Translations under genes and position numbers: made by a program | Virus record (IMG/VR): IMGVR_UViG_3300042377_000298 | Coordinates: 1 to 61,042 of that record | Reading direction: 5' to 3' (one strand) | Source of the DNA: a virus | Lineage: Duplodnaviria; Caudoviricetes | Length of the DNA stretch: 61,042 bases | Notes under the pieces: model-generated | Databases searched by the model: none | The model's input: only the letters and a program-made list of their open reading frames with translations | What the model was told of the DNA's origin: nothing | Part shown: in pieces, positions 25,201-32,104 of the stretch | Position numbering within the stretch: position 1 is the stretch's first letter | Layout: each line of letters begins with the position of its first letter

Positions 25201-28200
25201 AGCCAAATCAAGGAAATGGTTATCAAGTCTCTTTCTGAAAACAAATCATTATTAAAACTTATTAATGATGAGTTCATTGTTACTGATTTAGAATTAGCTG
25301 AATCTGATGTTGAGACTGGAAAGAAAATTCTTGATGGAAACATTGAAGGAAAAATTGAAGAAATCACATCTGAAATTGAAAGATTAACAAAAATTAGAAA
25401 TACAACTCAAGGTCACTCTACGCAATTATCCAAAACAGGATCTCCAAAAATTGGTAACGTGACGCTATTTGAAATACCAGCTTACAAATATCCAGATGAA
25501 AATGATGCAAGAAAGCGCATGAACATGGGCATGCCAGCAAGCAGAAAAGTCAATCTCAGATTGACAAGAAGCCTTAACGAGTCTGACTTAAGCACTGATC
25601 AAATAGCGCGCTTTGATGCTACGACTAGGGATGCTCGTATTATTAACGAAGCTATGAACATCTTTCTTGAAGAAGAGGGCGAGGTTGCTTACAAGGCGCT
25701 ATCCGAAGAAGTTGATTTGTATGGCGAAGGTTTCGACGTTAAGCAAAACATTCAAAACGTAATTGAATTAATACAACTCAAAAACAATCTTTCTGAAAAA
25801 ACAAATACTAAATTTGAATTAATGATTCAGGAAATGTCAAAGATTGACACAATTCTCAATGAAGCAGATCAGCCAGCAATTGAGCTATATGGTATGACGT
25901 TGCGTGACATGATCAAGTTGGGCTTGTCTCCAGCAACTTTAATTAATGAGAAGGGCAAAAAAGAAGTTATTAATATTGCAGACAAGTCTTCCACTCAGTC
26001 TGAAATCAATAGAATTAAACAAACTGCGTTATTTATTAAAAATGAAGCTGGGTTAGCGGTATTTATGCCGACAGATGGAAAACTTGTCGACCAGCCGGGA
26101 AGAAGTCATTTTCTTTATAGTCGATCAGCGCTGAATCATTTGCAAAGTTTCAAGAAAATCACTAAACAAAAAGGAAAAGCAGAGAGTTTGTTGAAAGACG
26201 CTATCTTTAGAGCCTCACGTGGCGCTACTGGATTTGACACATTCCTTAGAACACAAAGCCATGAAAATGTAGACTTTGATGCAAGCAAGCCAGTCAGTTC
26301 AGAACTTGCTGTTGCTACTGGTGTAAATCCAGCAATGACAAAAGGAGAGTTTGTTAAGACTGCTAAAAGACTCTTTAATGAATACTTCTTAAAAGAAATA
26401 GGCAACTACGTGTTTTCTTCATTTGCTAAAGGTATTGGGATTTATAGCACGATCAAAAAAACTGATCGCATGAATGATCAAGAAATTCAAGAAGCATTTG
26501 ATTCTGTTTACAGCTTTGCATCTGATGTAGCAAATGATGCTATATTGAAATCTTCTGGTTTTTCTGTTTTAACAAAAGCAAAACAGGACTACACAAATAA
26601 TGAAAAAGCGAAAATTGTTAAATCTGCTTACGATATTGCAATTAATGAGAACAAATTTTTAGCTCCAAATTCACATGCATCAAACAATATTTTGCTTAAT
26701 GAATCTATGTTTGAAGACATTATTACAATGTTGGAAAGTGATAAGTTCGCCTTGCTTAATAAAAACAAATCAGTAAGCGCATATGAAGTTGCTGCAATTA
26801 ATGCAATAGCAAGTGTATTTAGTAACGAAATTAATACGGCAAATAGCACTTCTGGCAAATTCTTTAGCTTTGATACAGCTATTACGCGTCTTGATTTACG
26901 TCAAAACTATTCAAGACTTTATTCGTTGCTTTACTCACAAGATATTTTCACTGATCTTCTTAGTGGTGTTGTTGATTCAGAGAAAAGAGACAGCAATGAT
27001 TTATTTACTCATTCAAATGCTTTAGTGAAACAAAAGTTCGCAAGAAGCTTTGGTTCTTATCAAAGGGCATTAAGTTTGCAAGGATTGATTGAGCAAGGTA
27101 TTAATGGAAATTCTGGAAGAAATAAATACTCAGCAAAATATGAGGAGTATCAAGACAGGATTGGAAAAGCAGCAAGTCAAATTGGAAATGATTTTGACCT
27201 AGGCTCACGTGCTTATATGGTGGCTGTGACAAAAGGAATTGTTGAAGCCAATAATAGAGATGGGGGAACTGATTTGGACTTGGCTTTGAAATTGCATTAT
27301 TTTGCTTCTGCTTACAACAATGGGATAAGAGATCATCGCCAATTGCTTAGAGACATTAAGGATTTCAAGAAAAATGGCAACATGTTTTCTCGCGCAGTTA
27401 AACTCTTTGATACTATTGGAAGAAAGCAATCAAGAGAAGACATGAACGTCAGCCTTATTAATAATTTAATTGGGGCGGAAATTGAATTAATTGCGCGAAG
27501 AGATCCAAAATCATTAACAAGACAAGAAGTTCAGTCCTATATCAATCAAATTGAAAATATTCTTTATGATGGATTTGACTCCAAAACAATTAGTGGAATG
27601 AACAATTATGCGAATGCATTATTGGAAGAATTTACTGGGATTTACGAAGGCCATAGAATTGCAAATGCTTTTGCTTCTGAAGAAACATTGCGTGGAATTG
27701 AAGAGGTTGTTGATCCTAAAATAAGCAAAACTGCAAAAACATTAAAAAATCCATATAGCGTTATTCCATTGCGTTTTGGGCATGTGAAAAATCCATTAAG
27801 TAAAAAAGATCCAAGTATTGGCAATGGATCTCCAACTATTGATAGCTTTGTGAACTTTGAGCAAAGTTTAATGAACTATAAGGGACGAACAATCTATGAC
27901 TTGCAAAAAGAAAGCTTTGTTCGCGTTTTACGTCCTTTAGACATGAACCCATTTACTGCTCCAGATCAAATTGCCAATGATGCAATTTATAGAATGTATT
28001 TGAATCCATCATATACTGTTATTCGCAAAATGCTTGGAGAGTATGGAGTTGATGTCAATGGAATTCCAAAAACAGAAAATGGACATTTGGTTGGAGCTAT
28101 AAAAGCACTTTACAATATAAGCAATGATCAAAGAATTGAAAAAATTGGTCAATATAATCAAATATCTGCTTACATTATAGATAAAATTAACACTGAAATT

Positions 28201-29766
28201 AAAAACGATATGCCAATGGATTTGGCTGATAGTTTGCTTGCTGATGCACTTCGCATTTCTAATGTTCATTTAATGGTGAAAACCTTGGCGAGTGTAACGC
28301 AAATCTTGACACAAGGAATTTTACCAGCATTAGCCAAATACCTTAATGTTAAAATTGGTAATTTTGCAGGACTGCATCAAAAAGATTCTGCAAGATTAAC
28401 AGAGGCTTACGCTTTGGCATTAAAAGATTATTTTAAGTCTAGCAGCGAGGGAGATGGCCGAAACTTTGTTAAAGAGAATAGCACTAATAGTTACAAGTGG
28501 AGAGCTGAAGGGGCTAATAAAAGAGATTCGCAAGTCAGCATGACCAAGTATGCAAGCCAAAATCATCTCACTTATTTAACAAGAGTTTTTGGAGCTTCAT
28601 TCAATAAACTTGGAGAAGGATTGCTGGATGCTACAATTGGAAAACCAGAAAGAGCACTGGTGCAAGCTATTTACATGTTTGAATTATTTAATGAACTGCA
28701 AAAAGACATGGGGCAAAACGCGCCAAAAACAATTGCAGAAATGATCAAAATGAATCCAGATCAATTTAGCACCTATGCTAAAACAAAAGCTGATACAATG
28801 GTCACTGACTTTATGGGCATTGGTGATAGAGCTAAAAAAGCTAGAATTTACAACCTACCTAGAAATAGGGCGGTAGAGACATTGTTATTGAACTATGTGA
28901 CTAGATATGGGAATCACGCGCTTACTGTTGGCCCGAATTTAATGGTCAACATGGATCAATTGTATAAGCAATTAAGCGGAACATACAGCGACAAGCAAAT
29001 GCGCAATGATGCACTTGAAAACGTTATTGGAACTGTTTTGCAAACATTGTTATTTAGGTTTGGTCAGGTCCAAGTGATGTTGCCAAACTTGATTTATTTG
29101 TTTTACGGCATTACTGGATTGCTTGGTGGTGATAAAGACGAGGATGAGGAAGATGCTACGCAAAAAACGCTGGATTTATTGCGTAGATTGGATGTTTATG
29201 GAGAGCCTGAACTTGAAGAGGATACATTTATGACAATACTTAGCAGAAGATTGAGAACTTATTTGCTACCGCAGCAATTTGCTGCTACTAAAAAAGAAAA
29301 TAGAACTGCTAAATTATTTGGATGGCAATTCAAACATAGTCCAATTCTTGAATCTAATTTAGGAGCGCTTAGAAAATCTGCATTAGATACACTTCCTGTT
29401 ATTTCTTATCTAAAGGCTGGGTCTGCTTTAAGCGTCCCACTGGGCAACAATTTTATTGATCTTACTTCTGAAATTTCAATGATGGGATTAAGAGGCGATA
29501 ATGTTGATTTCTCTGATATTGGTCGCATTGCATTTAAAACGGAAAATATAGCATCTGCTCCAGTTTTGTCTTTGCTTGAAAGCTATAAAGGAGTAATGAA
29601 CACTGCTTCTGTTCCGTTAAATTACTTTTTACCAAAAGAAGGAATGGAAGGTATTTCTGCTACAGAAATGCTTGAAGGAATGTTAGTATCACCTCTTGGT
29701 ACAAGAGAATATCGCCCAACATATTATGAGCGAATTAAAAATAAAGGTGGATGGGGGGACTATTAA
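13261..29766 (+). CDS. Giant (5501 aa) internal virion / polyvalent-type protein
   Basis: Uninterrupted 16.5-kb ORF. Gly/Ala-rich hydrophobic region around aa 470-850, HExxH (HENAH) near aa 1256 and EExxH (EELLH) near aa 1790, coiled coils. Confidence 0.75.
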   Translation: MSEISPINTENDKLPIDDQPNNATNITPVIAPLDQSIKQEASTAKAPKVPDVEKTNARRKTYEFLDIDPIDSLNVFNKVNKNEWSSADPSRRDEIASERLNELNQNLIAADPSTPSGRVEIPSLRKIIVDGKETEELVNVPASDSSGRLSKAGQDYYNQSSSLLSSAAKDEKGGLRINPLTGKTVSKIGSRLLTPYAKDEIDPERFSVNEEGIKYEKLNPEDVVDYAHVRRIYQARAKQAGISYKKLITELISPGESLDQLDVNRRIVSDIGYNAGTYEDGSSGEFVNDLELLAQIKNSKIGSENKEENEKLQAILTKSIARLKAEEGMGSKLVDLHDGQPIFNMEKIKNINDIEQALEQLPISKTEKQSLKLNFKTNFESQAVELIRKLDVGDQMTDLFRNNDGLEKLADYIDPETRKKLDIPDFRDFSSFESFTNSGLSAYDWLKQNSDLYDTNIISSSIEKILLGTLDSFDSTRVAVLSLGAGIAQAGMSVLPNTISEGLKGRELLEDARLGLAEGKAFFSEMKKGRAAQLGKWDLIGNEDSYINITSDDIFDAAGNIIEMYLTLGTSSAVKGLGLIGSRTLTVAASKELGKKAAVESTKMAAKLQGADSLLLRNIGKISKSGIEFKEGAKALWQNAEALNTAANVLKTSLYGSFTSAGGGIGEGYSRAIQAGKSEDEALIEATSTGLSNGLATFVAMTVMNGLFPSLGVEKGLIKASEGVGLRTSIRNTIARNKSSDSISKGLRELVKDKATLKGVPKGVADAMRGISKSQGIVGFGKSVTFGSIAEGIEEWGDEMLAPVINAYLLKNESARKQLETDGYWLGALKAGVIGMLMGGATSLGTKTSEGKAKAFELANQRMDSYIERVLPAYKGMQDELVSVKSTTAEGAEAIGTLRNILETGTTDQKVQALTELGKQKIQQLSFDANTKQEGVLKTPSTPQDSDTSKNPDAKGDPITPKEKTTTVIEKKKFDIPSKITNKQNNVNVPVQEESNLASFAYNQAHGLEIKDTNMPSPKLEVSGSSVFQKVGGNITVTSYNINGNEADLHSFEDTNGDTIFTNKTNLGKLLLKSHGQGVVLKNLSKVSNTDNVASLIKSSESNVDKNQTPEKDKASDPEVTEKDDSNKSTSEQDPLSTDTAPIEAEEKTEDIYDENKQVVGENKLKPALKKVYDKYRNYFNRKKIGIIIVTNASELENIPEFKNFKKTSMGFAGTINIGKSNQRDVIVIITDNIESQKASTPEASIETIFEDILEHENAHVITKRFNRTKKGNKLRKDFEEDLFNNQKLNEAMDEDYPSFSKQSNDTKFFEFVRTFVSGKLTNRTLSAMMSISPSMKKWIAGFIKFAKKELKNYRGAKTYLSAFEKFYIQEIKDDAALFKYSPSSTEAFKNFITNLISKVSPTKARKQGKLLTTKEIDFSNVDRYADAFTDFLRTGITDLTSPNDLVSKLVDILNGFSEESIGLGPESKKEIFNKVIEDWRNNETNTDILNALLDASNKIGSVDNAPHISDESTPASEMVLKATEERLAYNQYTRIRKTVADTLVVLVKNDTTATQKAVTEIDKPSDTQGNSASNAYILGRIDQATGEIIDLGFEVGDVVSVVNSSGDVIQHLVYVKSEIFIAPNGQKEARHEFLSGVVSENGKLSSFGIGLQTMFSDKFRKDFEESGLVDDMFAVESGNLKLDNVDKLLQFVFESLTNKAINSEGKNINSIEIAGKSYTFNDLFLFDITGKTSDANASPFYYKDGKIVVNIDALRTEFSFINDSLLKDSDNKKTIGLLIAQAVRTAIDEELLHHITTLTFGEDELVSLYNDLAENDRFSGLLNQIANAQGIYVSSEQFTDQQRYVIATEFLAFINQKSFDGATYADQYNQLLKSYASAKPDGKALATASLYGKRFKDILIARSATSLMAPRLIDMVNKLSVLKSEVMPKQSSSNMANVYANFNADAYTKSRGRMQQSIDNAFLKQYSAVNDLRTYLAESRLMANQILDFDFNNNTVSLSPEFRAVYQNKITAEELAELDDYFSRLNNDSVVREFLVTLSAARASLDAITEQVDVNNNDPDLGNRFQQATKNYNNLVLDYADIFLNKNLTKVDEFGRSFAVIGSELGGESFPVYSETSDNSVTVKFNADTSNVTIFTYDVNLFGYENQNPSNAINDRYEQRKKFADVNNDLEKAKTETLWFYGYRGRYTSSDRQNFPNKVSTIEGNAAFLGEEEFNFFYISRINGESFRLNNNPYSYTDFRKMMGFNPIDFKINSDGEKVFLNFNEVINKFIISDEELETGVSNTSTGESYTVTIRRMSESKLLKDSEPERQRIVLGSALQRFFGDTKNILTWFNKLEEIIGYERSSGDINVINEISGRETFASKFAKQLKYRMFNNRLIHGNGIHEKIDGETESDQSLYGMIKELQSAYYALFASITPPSDVKLFKSVGKNELSNAEVSNLLAKLPVFLEAIDSLNQDIGLARKAYTRFTSSYLLNTIKGDIRLIQEQNTEGLRANEELLRAIQYSFYDIQAMEDVEFLMDYRNNGGRNGINGIIALNLLDQLANIPSSAQNEYYVSNTPSKNVAYLLQTYAMYLENGVNPRTKDADGKSTYPTDNLVFNVIQKYGDKANENEDDFNADIDTKPSDTAETIGMSGVSPVTGRDEASQEAIDSARRESMHEEVKRMKSWTFHAAISIFQRIVGNDNDITIDGIDTSKTKLFFYLFAKIQNRPSMENDFNEEDFSQLKKDHQDLSNLMLDQLKALSNHYNMTNSPNTGFEQIANKVRKSSYTHPMEFLADVVEVIGAMERDYLDEVTDAGKTLAEYSQRELKKEIAKSESAVSVDKGATSFADTSKLQEKLESLIEGLNLELDSPSVSPSIIALYKTKISEIESEIESATQGAAQQVQGQSAVKRYIKKDTTELRQKLDFLNSQLDAFKTSLLEIRADNPKNPSIPGVMKEISNKQAEVKRATYELKNLTSENEKADAQIKTPIEKLENYYQALRSKLYAAQQKATTDDLGNAVSETTKRDIGNEGQFLRRPRVGETENIAVNELAADAQIESIMNRVGLMISKLQNLQEKPKSMLSYNQEQAQLVLDSMQEDSDKNKLSAGTIFYARTFKFKSNESLINDSLFMKFPLFSALIQSMPNLIVYQPDTNYNGKTNNLPDGAGLVQLSNGDNILYITNPDQLNNSKQAQILESLIVAQIKSESDNGARPSVLQQTIDQMAEVVQTQAKHAINMTPDRINVMMARAELAINKLTTIDNKVKKAIISRYKKSLEANAYDSIKLLTNRTARRSYIEDRVSNRTENVSRFFDQLVTADRANGKTSTIDNIQMIVDMFTNPDSYRLLSTFKSPDLDFNAYSPLPQFDALLNKALSIFAIPEVRSSAIHEIQIQKRLQLIDEANEGIEEDNVETDPNLIYEAIAENYNEENRTRKKLSKPEILNIIKQMSDSQIKGIIDPLIMERYFLTNRSPEAAKDLVEAFKQNTAQPDFLYRYVGSQLMKAMEPTLINADPSIKETSIFDNEFPTKSLSREARAYDVLFATNKPILLSTMMDPAIGTNNTFSNVEARTPTGDITNFYYGHSPMTETYRVNRKKVLLGMLLGKTETGKSLVDKLFDDQEELAMEVFSVTSSVSLDKFSGILGLMIKELPALIGDDVVARAEQIVDRIAVLARNNKEETKKRIAELSNQLEVIKQQGREFLLEKLIERNKEAAKVATSQLLFTPDENEENIGIYDSRSTLESIANRISNYLISEKLGLNRNSYNLAKKLETNANSYLLKYKNAISRISNYDQQIATLFDGDFSSDYTRNNTKYRFLVDGRNNLIDKAEIYKSEYVKLAAMDLMGELINPSHFFASPNSDVQGYIRSRLNEIGNYGKIKYRSVSPFDEDATSSAVFRGISGSLVTRGRKTNLMLGINKATRPEFASELLDGITKNEAKEMFASLGPDLLKNFANNKGYLQDNFKSEMVREFFSRLKQEGTISKFAKEMSQKIDVLKYNESQIKEMVIKSLSENKSLLKLINDEFIVTDLELAESDVETGKKILDGNIEGKIEEITSEIERLTKIRNTTQGHSTQLSKTGSPKIGNVTLFEIPAYKYPDENDARKRMNMGMPASRKVNLRLTRSLNESDLSTDQIARFDATTRDARIINEAMNIFLEEEGEVAYKALSEEVDLYGEGFDVKQNIQNVIELIQLKNNLSEKTNTKFELMIQEMSKIDTILNEADQPAIELYGMTLRDMIKLGLSPATLINEKGKKEVINIADKSSTQSEINRIKQTALFIKNEAGLAVFMPTDGKLVDQPGRSHFLYSRSALNHLQSFKKITKQKGKAESLLKDAIFRASRGATGFDTFLRTQSHENVDFDASKPVSSELAVATGVNPAMTKGEFVKTAKRLFNEYFLKEIGNYVFSSFAKGIGIYSTIKKTDRMNDQEIQEAFDSVYSFASDVANDAILKSSGFSVLTKAKQDYTNNEKAKIVKSAYDIAINENKFLAPNSHASNNILLNESMFEDIITMLESDKFALLNKNKSVSAYEVAAINAIASVFSNEINTANSTSGKFFSFDTAITRLDLRQNYSRLYSLLYSQDIFTDLLSGVVDSEKRDSNDLFTHSNALVKQKFARSFGSYQRALSLQGLIEQGINGNSGRNKYSAKYEEYQDRIGKAASQIGNDFDLGSRAYMVAVTKGIVEANNRDGGTDLDLALKLHYFASAYNNGIRDHRQLLRDIKDFKKNGNMFSRAVKLFDTIGRKQSREDMNVSLINNLIGAEIELIARRDPKSLTRQEVQSYINQIENILYDGFDSKTISGMNNYANALLEEFTGIYEGHRIANAFASEETLRGIEEVVDPKISKTAKTLKNPYSVIPLRFGHVKNPLSKKDPSIGNGSPTIDSFVNFEQSLMNYKGRTIYDLQKESFVRVLRPLDMNPFTAPDQIANDAIYRMYLNPSYTVIRKMLGEYGVDVNGIPKTENGHLVGAIKALYNISNDQRIEKIGQYNQISAYIIDKINTEIKNDMPMDLADSLLADALRISNVHLMVKTLASVTQILTQGILPALAKYLNVKIGNFAGLHQKDSARLTEAYALALKDYFKSSSEGDGRNFVKENSTNSYKWRAEGANKRDSQVSMTKYASQNHLTYLTRVFGASFNKLGEGLLDATIGKPERALVQAIYMFELFNELQKDMGQNAPKTIAEMIKMNPDQFSTYAKTKADTMVTDFMGIGDRAKKARIYNLPRNRAVETLLLNYVTRYGNHALTVGPNLMVNMDQLYKQLSGTYSDKQMRNDALENVIGTVLQTLLFRFGQVQVMLPNLIYLFYGITGLLGGDKDEDEEDATQKTLDLLRRLDVYGEPELEEDTFMTILSRRLRTYLLPQQFAATKKENRTAKLFGWQFKHSPILESNLGALRKSALDTLPVISYLKAGSALSVPLGNNFIDLTSEISMMGLRGDNVDFSDIGRIAFKTENIASAPVLSLLESYKGVMNTASVPLNYFLPKEGMEGISATEMLEGMLVSPLGTREYRPTYYERIKNKGGWGDY

Positions 29767-29787
29767 TAGCTCGCACCTTATTTTACA

Positions 29788-30150
29788 TCAAGCATCCATA
29801 GCCTTAACCGTATTGATTAAGATTGTTGCTGACTCTACGCGCTTTTTGATAATCTCATGGCGCGTAGGGGTCATTGGTTGTTTTGATAACATGAAGCGAA
29901 TAGCGTCCATTAATAATGGAACTACTCGCAACACCTCTAGCTTCACCACCAATGGCGTTATAAGGGGCAGAGAAGGCAGGGATAGCGCACTTGGGTATGG
30001 AGACTCCGCTTCGCCCTCAAGATCGCTAGAATCACCGCTTATGTCCTCCTGCTGAGCTTCTATGCTTGGCTCGCTGTAGTTTTCCATTTCTGGTGGTGCT
30101 TCAATAGTTTCCTCATCAATGATGAGATTTCGTTTTTTTAGTTTAGGCAT
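29788..30150 (-). CDS. Hypothetical protein
   Basis: ATG with AT-rich initiation region. Last gene of the - strand block. Confidence 0.5.
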   Translation of the reverse strand: MPKLKKRNLIIDEETIEAPPEMENYSEPSIEAQQEDISGDSSDLEGEAESPYPSALSLPSLPLITPLVVKLEVLRVVPLLMDAIRFMLSKQPMTPTRHEIIKKRVESATILINTVKAMDA

Positions 30151-30300
30151 AATTTGTTTAGAAAGTTTTGCGGTGGTTAAGTTGCTGCCGCATCAGCTAC
30201 ACATCAGGCTCCCTTAACCTAGAGCAGAACAGGGGAATACAAAACCCTACCTTCTGTGCAAATCTTTAGTCGGCTAAAGCCGAATTATTAAGGAATATTA

Positions 30301-30549
30301 TTAAACCAAATCCGTCCATCTACCTAAACCAGGATATCCCTTCCACGGTTTTTCTAATAAATCACGGGCTATGTCAAGCATTATTTGCGAACGTTTCCAT
30401 GATGCAAGCCAATACTCATAAGCGCCATGCTCAATCCAGCAATTGCAAGACTCAGACCAGACAGTAAATTTATAGCCATGCCCAAACTTAAATAATGTAG
30501 ACACTTCGGAACGGGCTTTTTTAATTGCTGTTGTTTTATTGATTTTCAT
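30301..30549 (-). CDS. Hypothetical protein
   Basis: ATG at 30549, Trp-rich, 82 aa. Confidence 0.55.
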   Translation of the reverse strand: MKINKTTAIKKARSEVSTLFKFGHGYKFTVWSESCNCWIEHGAYEYWLASWKRSQIMLDIARDLLEKPWKGYPGLGRWTDLV

Positions 30550-31024
30550 TTGATTTGATTTTTGATTTTGAATACCCAAGTTCTCTAGCCAGCTTCAAGT
30601 TGCGCTCGATCCATGGGTGACACCCTTCTGTCTGGTTTGACTCAGGATGCTGTGTGTTTAAGTATGTTGACCCAGCCATGCAGACTTGGAGAAAGTTTGA
30701 ATGATCATAAAGAAGTTTTCCACTTCTTCCTGCAATATGGTGGATACTTAGGTTTTCTAAATTACCACAAATTTCACAGTTTGCCACATTGTAAGACTTC
30801 TTTGCTAGTTGATATTTCGCCAGCCTGTCTTTCATTTTGTTGCTAACTTGCTTAATTGCTTTTCTTGGCTTGACTACAATAGTTGAAGTCTTTGTGAATT
30901 TTAACCAGTAAGTTACAACGCTTTGTAACAGTCCAAGTTGCTTTGCTAGGTCACGAGGGCGCATTTCAGCATTGTTCCTAATGAATTTAATTTCATCTTT
31001 TGTTGCTTGTTTGCGTGGCTTCAT
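30536..31024 (-). CDS. HTH + HNH-type endonuclease (NinG-like)
   Basis: N-terminal HTH (RDLAKQLG...VVTYW). CEIC...IHH...NFLQVC...CHPWI. Confidence 0.65.
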   Translation of the reverse strand: MKPRKQATKDEIKFIRNNAEMRPRDLAKQLGLLQSVVTYWLKFTKTSTIVVKPRKAIKQVSNKMKDRLAKYQLAKKSYNVANCEICGNLENLSIHHIAGRSGKLLYDHSNFLQVCMAGSTYLNTQHPESNQTEGCHPWIERNLKLARELGYSKSKIKSNENQ

Positions 31025-31028
31025 TTAT

Positions 31029-31343
31029 TTACTTAAGAATTTTTCCGTCTACCAACAATCCTTCTTTTGTTAAGAGATCGATGGCTTTTTGGATTTCTGT
31101 TTCAGGACGATTATCAACGATTGTTCCATCGGAGTTCTCGTAGTAAATCCGATTACCCTTGGAATCCCATCTCCGCTTTATCCAGAATCCATTGGAAGCT
31201 TCCAAGTAAATCTCTTTACCCTCGGAATCGTATTCATGCTTTCGCCAATCTCCATTGGAGTCCTCGCAGTAAATCTGATTACCTTTGGAATCTTTGATTT
31301 CAAATGGAAACTCTTTGATCTTTAATTGTTGAGCGATTGTCAT
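31029..31343 (-). CDS. 21-aa repeat protein, paralogue A
   Basis: EYDSxGxxIYxExSxGxW repeats. Confidence 0.75.
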   Translation of the reverse strand: MTIAQQLKIKEFPFEIKDSKGNQIYCEDSNGDWRKHEYDSEGKEIYLEASNGFWIKRRWDSKGNRIYYENSDGTIVDNRPETEIQKAIDLLTKEGLLVDGKILK

Positions 31344-31357
31344 GTTATTATTATATT

Positions 31358-31738
31358 TTAGTTTTCAAGAATCTTACCATCTACGATTAATCCTTCTTTC
31401 GTGAGAAGATCGATTGCCTTTTGGATTTCTGTTTGGGGGCGATTATCAATAATTCTTCCCTTGGAGTCCTTGGAGTAAATCTTTTTACCATCGGAATCGT
31501 ATTCATTCTTTACCCAATATCTATCGGAGTTCTCGTAGTAAATCTCTTTACCCTCGGAATCGTATTCATTCTTTGCCCAATATCCCTTTGAGTCCTCCCA
31601 GTAAATCTCTTTCCCCTTGGAATCGTATTCCATCTTTGCCCAATATCCATCAGAGTTCTCATAGTAAATCTTATTACCCTCGGAATTTTTGATTTCAAAT
31701 GGGAACTCTTTGATCTTTAATTGTTTGGCGATTGTCAT
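31358..31738 (-). CDS. 21-aa repeat protein, paralogue B
   Basis: Same N- and C-termini as paralogue A, with one extra repeat. Confidence 0.75.
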   Translation of the reverse strand: MTIAKQLKIKEFPFEIKNSEGNKIYYENSDGYWAKMEYDSKGKEIYWEDSKGYWAKNEYDSEGKEIYYENSDRYWVKNEYDSDGKKIYSKDSKGRIIDNRPQTEIQKAIDLLTKEGLIVDGKILEN

Positions 31739-31742
31739 GTTA

Positions 31743-32099
31743 TTATTTATTAATTGCATTTATATTGCGACCTACAATTTTTACAAATGCAGCATTGTCA
31801 ATATATCCCGTCCCATCATGGAATCGTTCAAGTTGATACGGATTGTATCGCACTGTTGTCATTTCATCATCAGGAACTTGTTCGACAAGATTGCCAATAA
31901 TAAACGCATGAACATTTTTGCGCTTCTCACTTAGAACTCGTTGCCTACCTTTCTCGTATACTTTAAACTTTATATCTGCCAACATGATCTCATCCGCGTG
32001 TCTAGTGACTTTCCACTGACCATTTACTTTTTCTTGGATGGATAGCTTTTTACGATGAAGATTAAAGTAAACACGAACTTGTTTGCATGTTGTTGACAT
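31743..32099 (-). CDS. Conserved phage hypothetical protein
   Basis: 'VYFNLH...GRQRVL.EKRKNVHAF...YNPY' pattern common in phages. Confidence 0.65.
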   Translation of the reverse strand: MSTTCKQVRVYFNLHRKKLSIQEKVNGQWKVTRHADEIMLADIKFKVYEKGRQRVLSEKRKNVHAFIIGNLVEQVPDDEMTTVRYNPYQLERFHDGTGYIDNAAFVKIVGRNINAINK

Positions 32100-32104
32100 A
32101 AGAA

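Noticed and set aside
14895-28269. Numerous short antisense or out-of-frame ORFs within the giant gene
   Set aside because: Expected shadow ORFs with no motifs or initiation signals.
13261-29766. Virion RNA polymerase call for the giant protein
   Set aside because: No convincing DxDGD/DFDID or T7-type catalytic motif seen. Left as an open possibility only.
30190-30210. Hammerhead ribozyme (two CUGAUG on the - strand)
   Set aside because: No complete CUGANGA plus GAAA core with three stems.
31029-31738. Diversity-generating retroelement (TR/VR) or CRISPR array
   Set aside because: No reverse transcriptase in the window. Repeats are in-frame coding units without unique spacers, and differences are not obviously confined to adenines.
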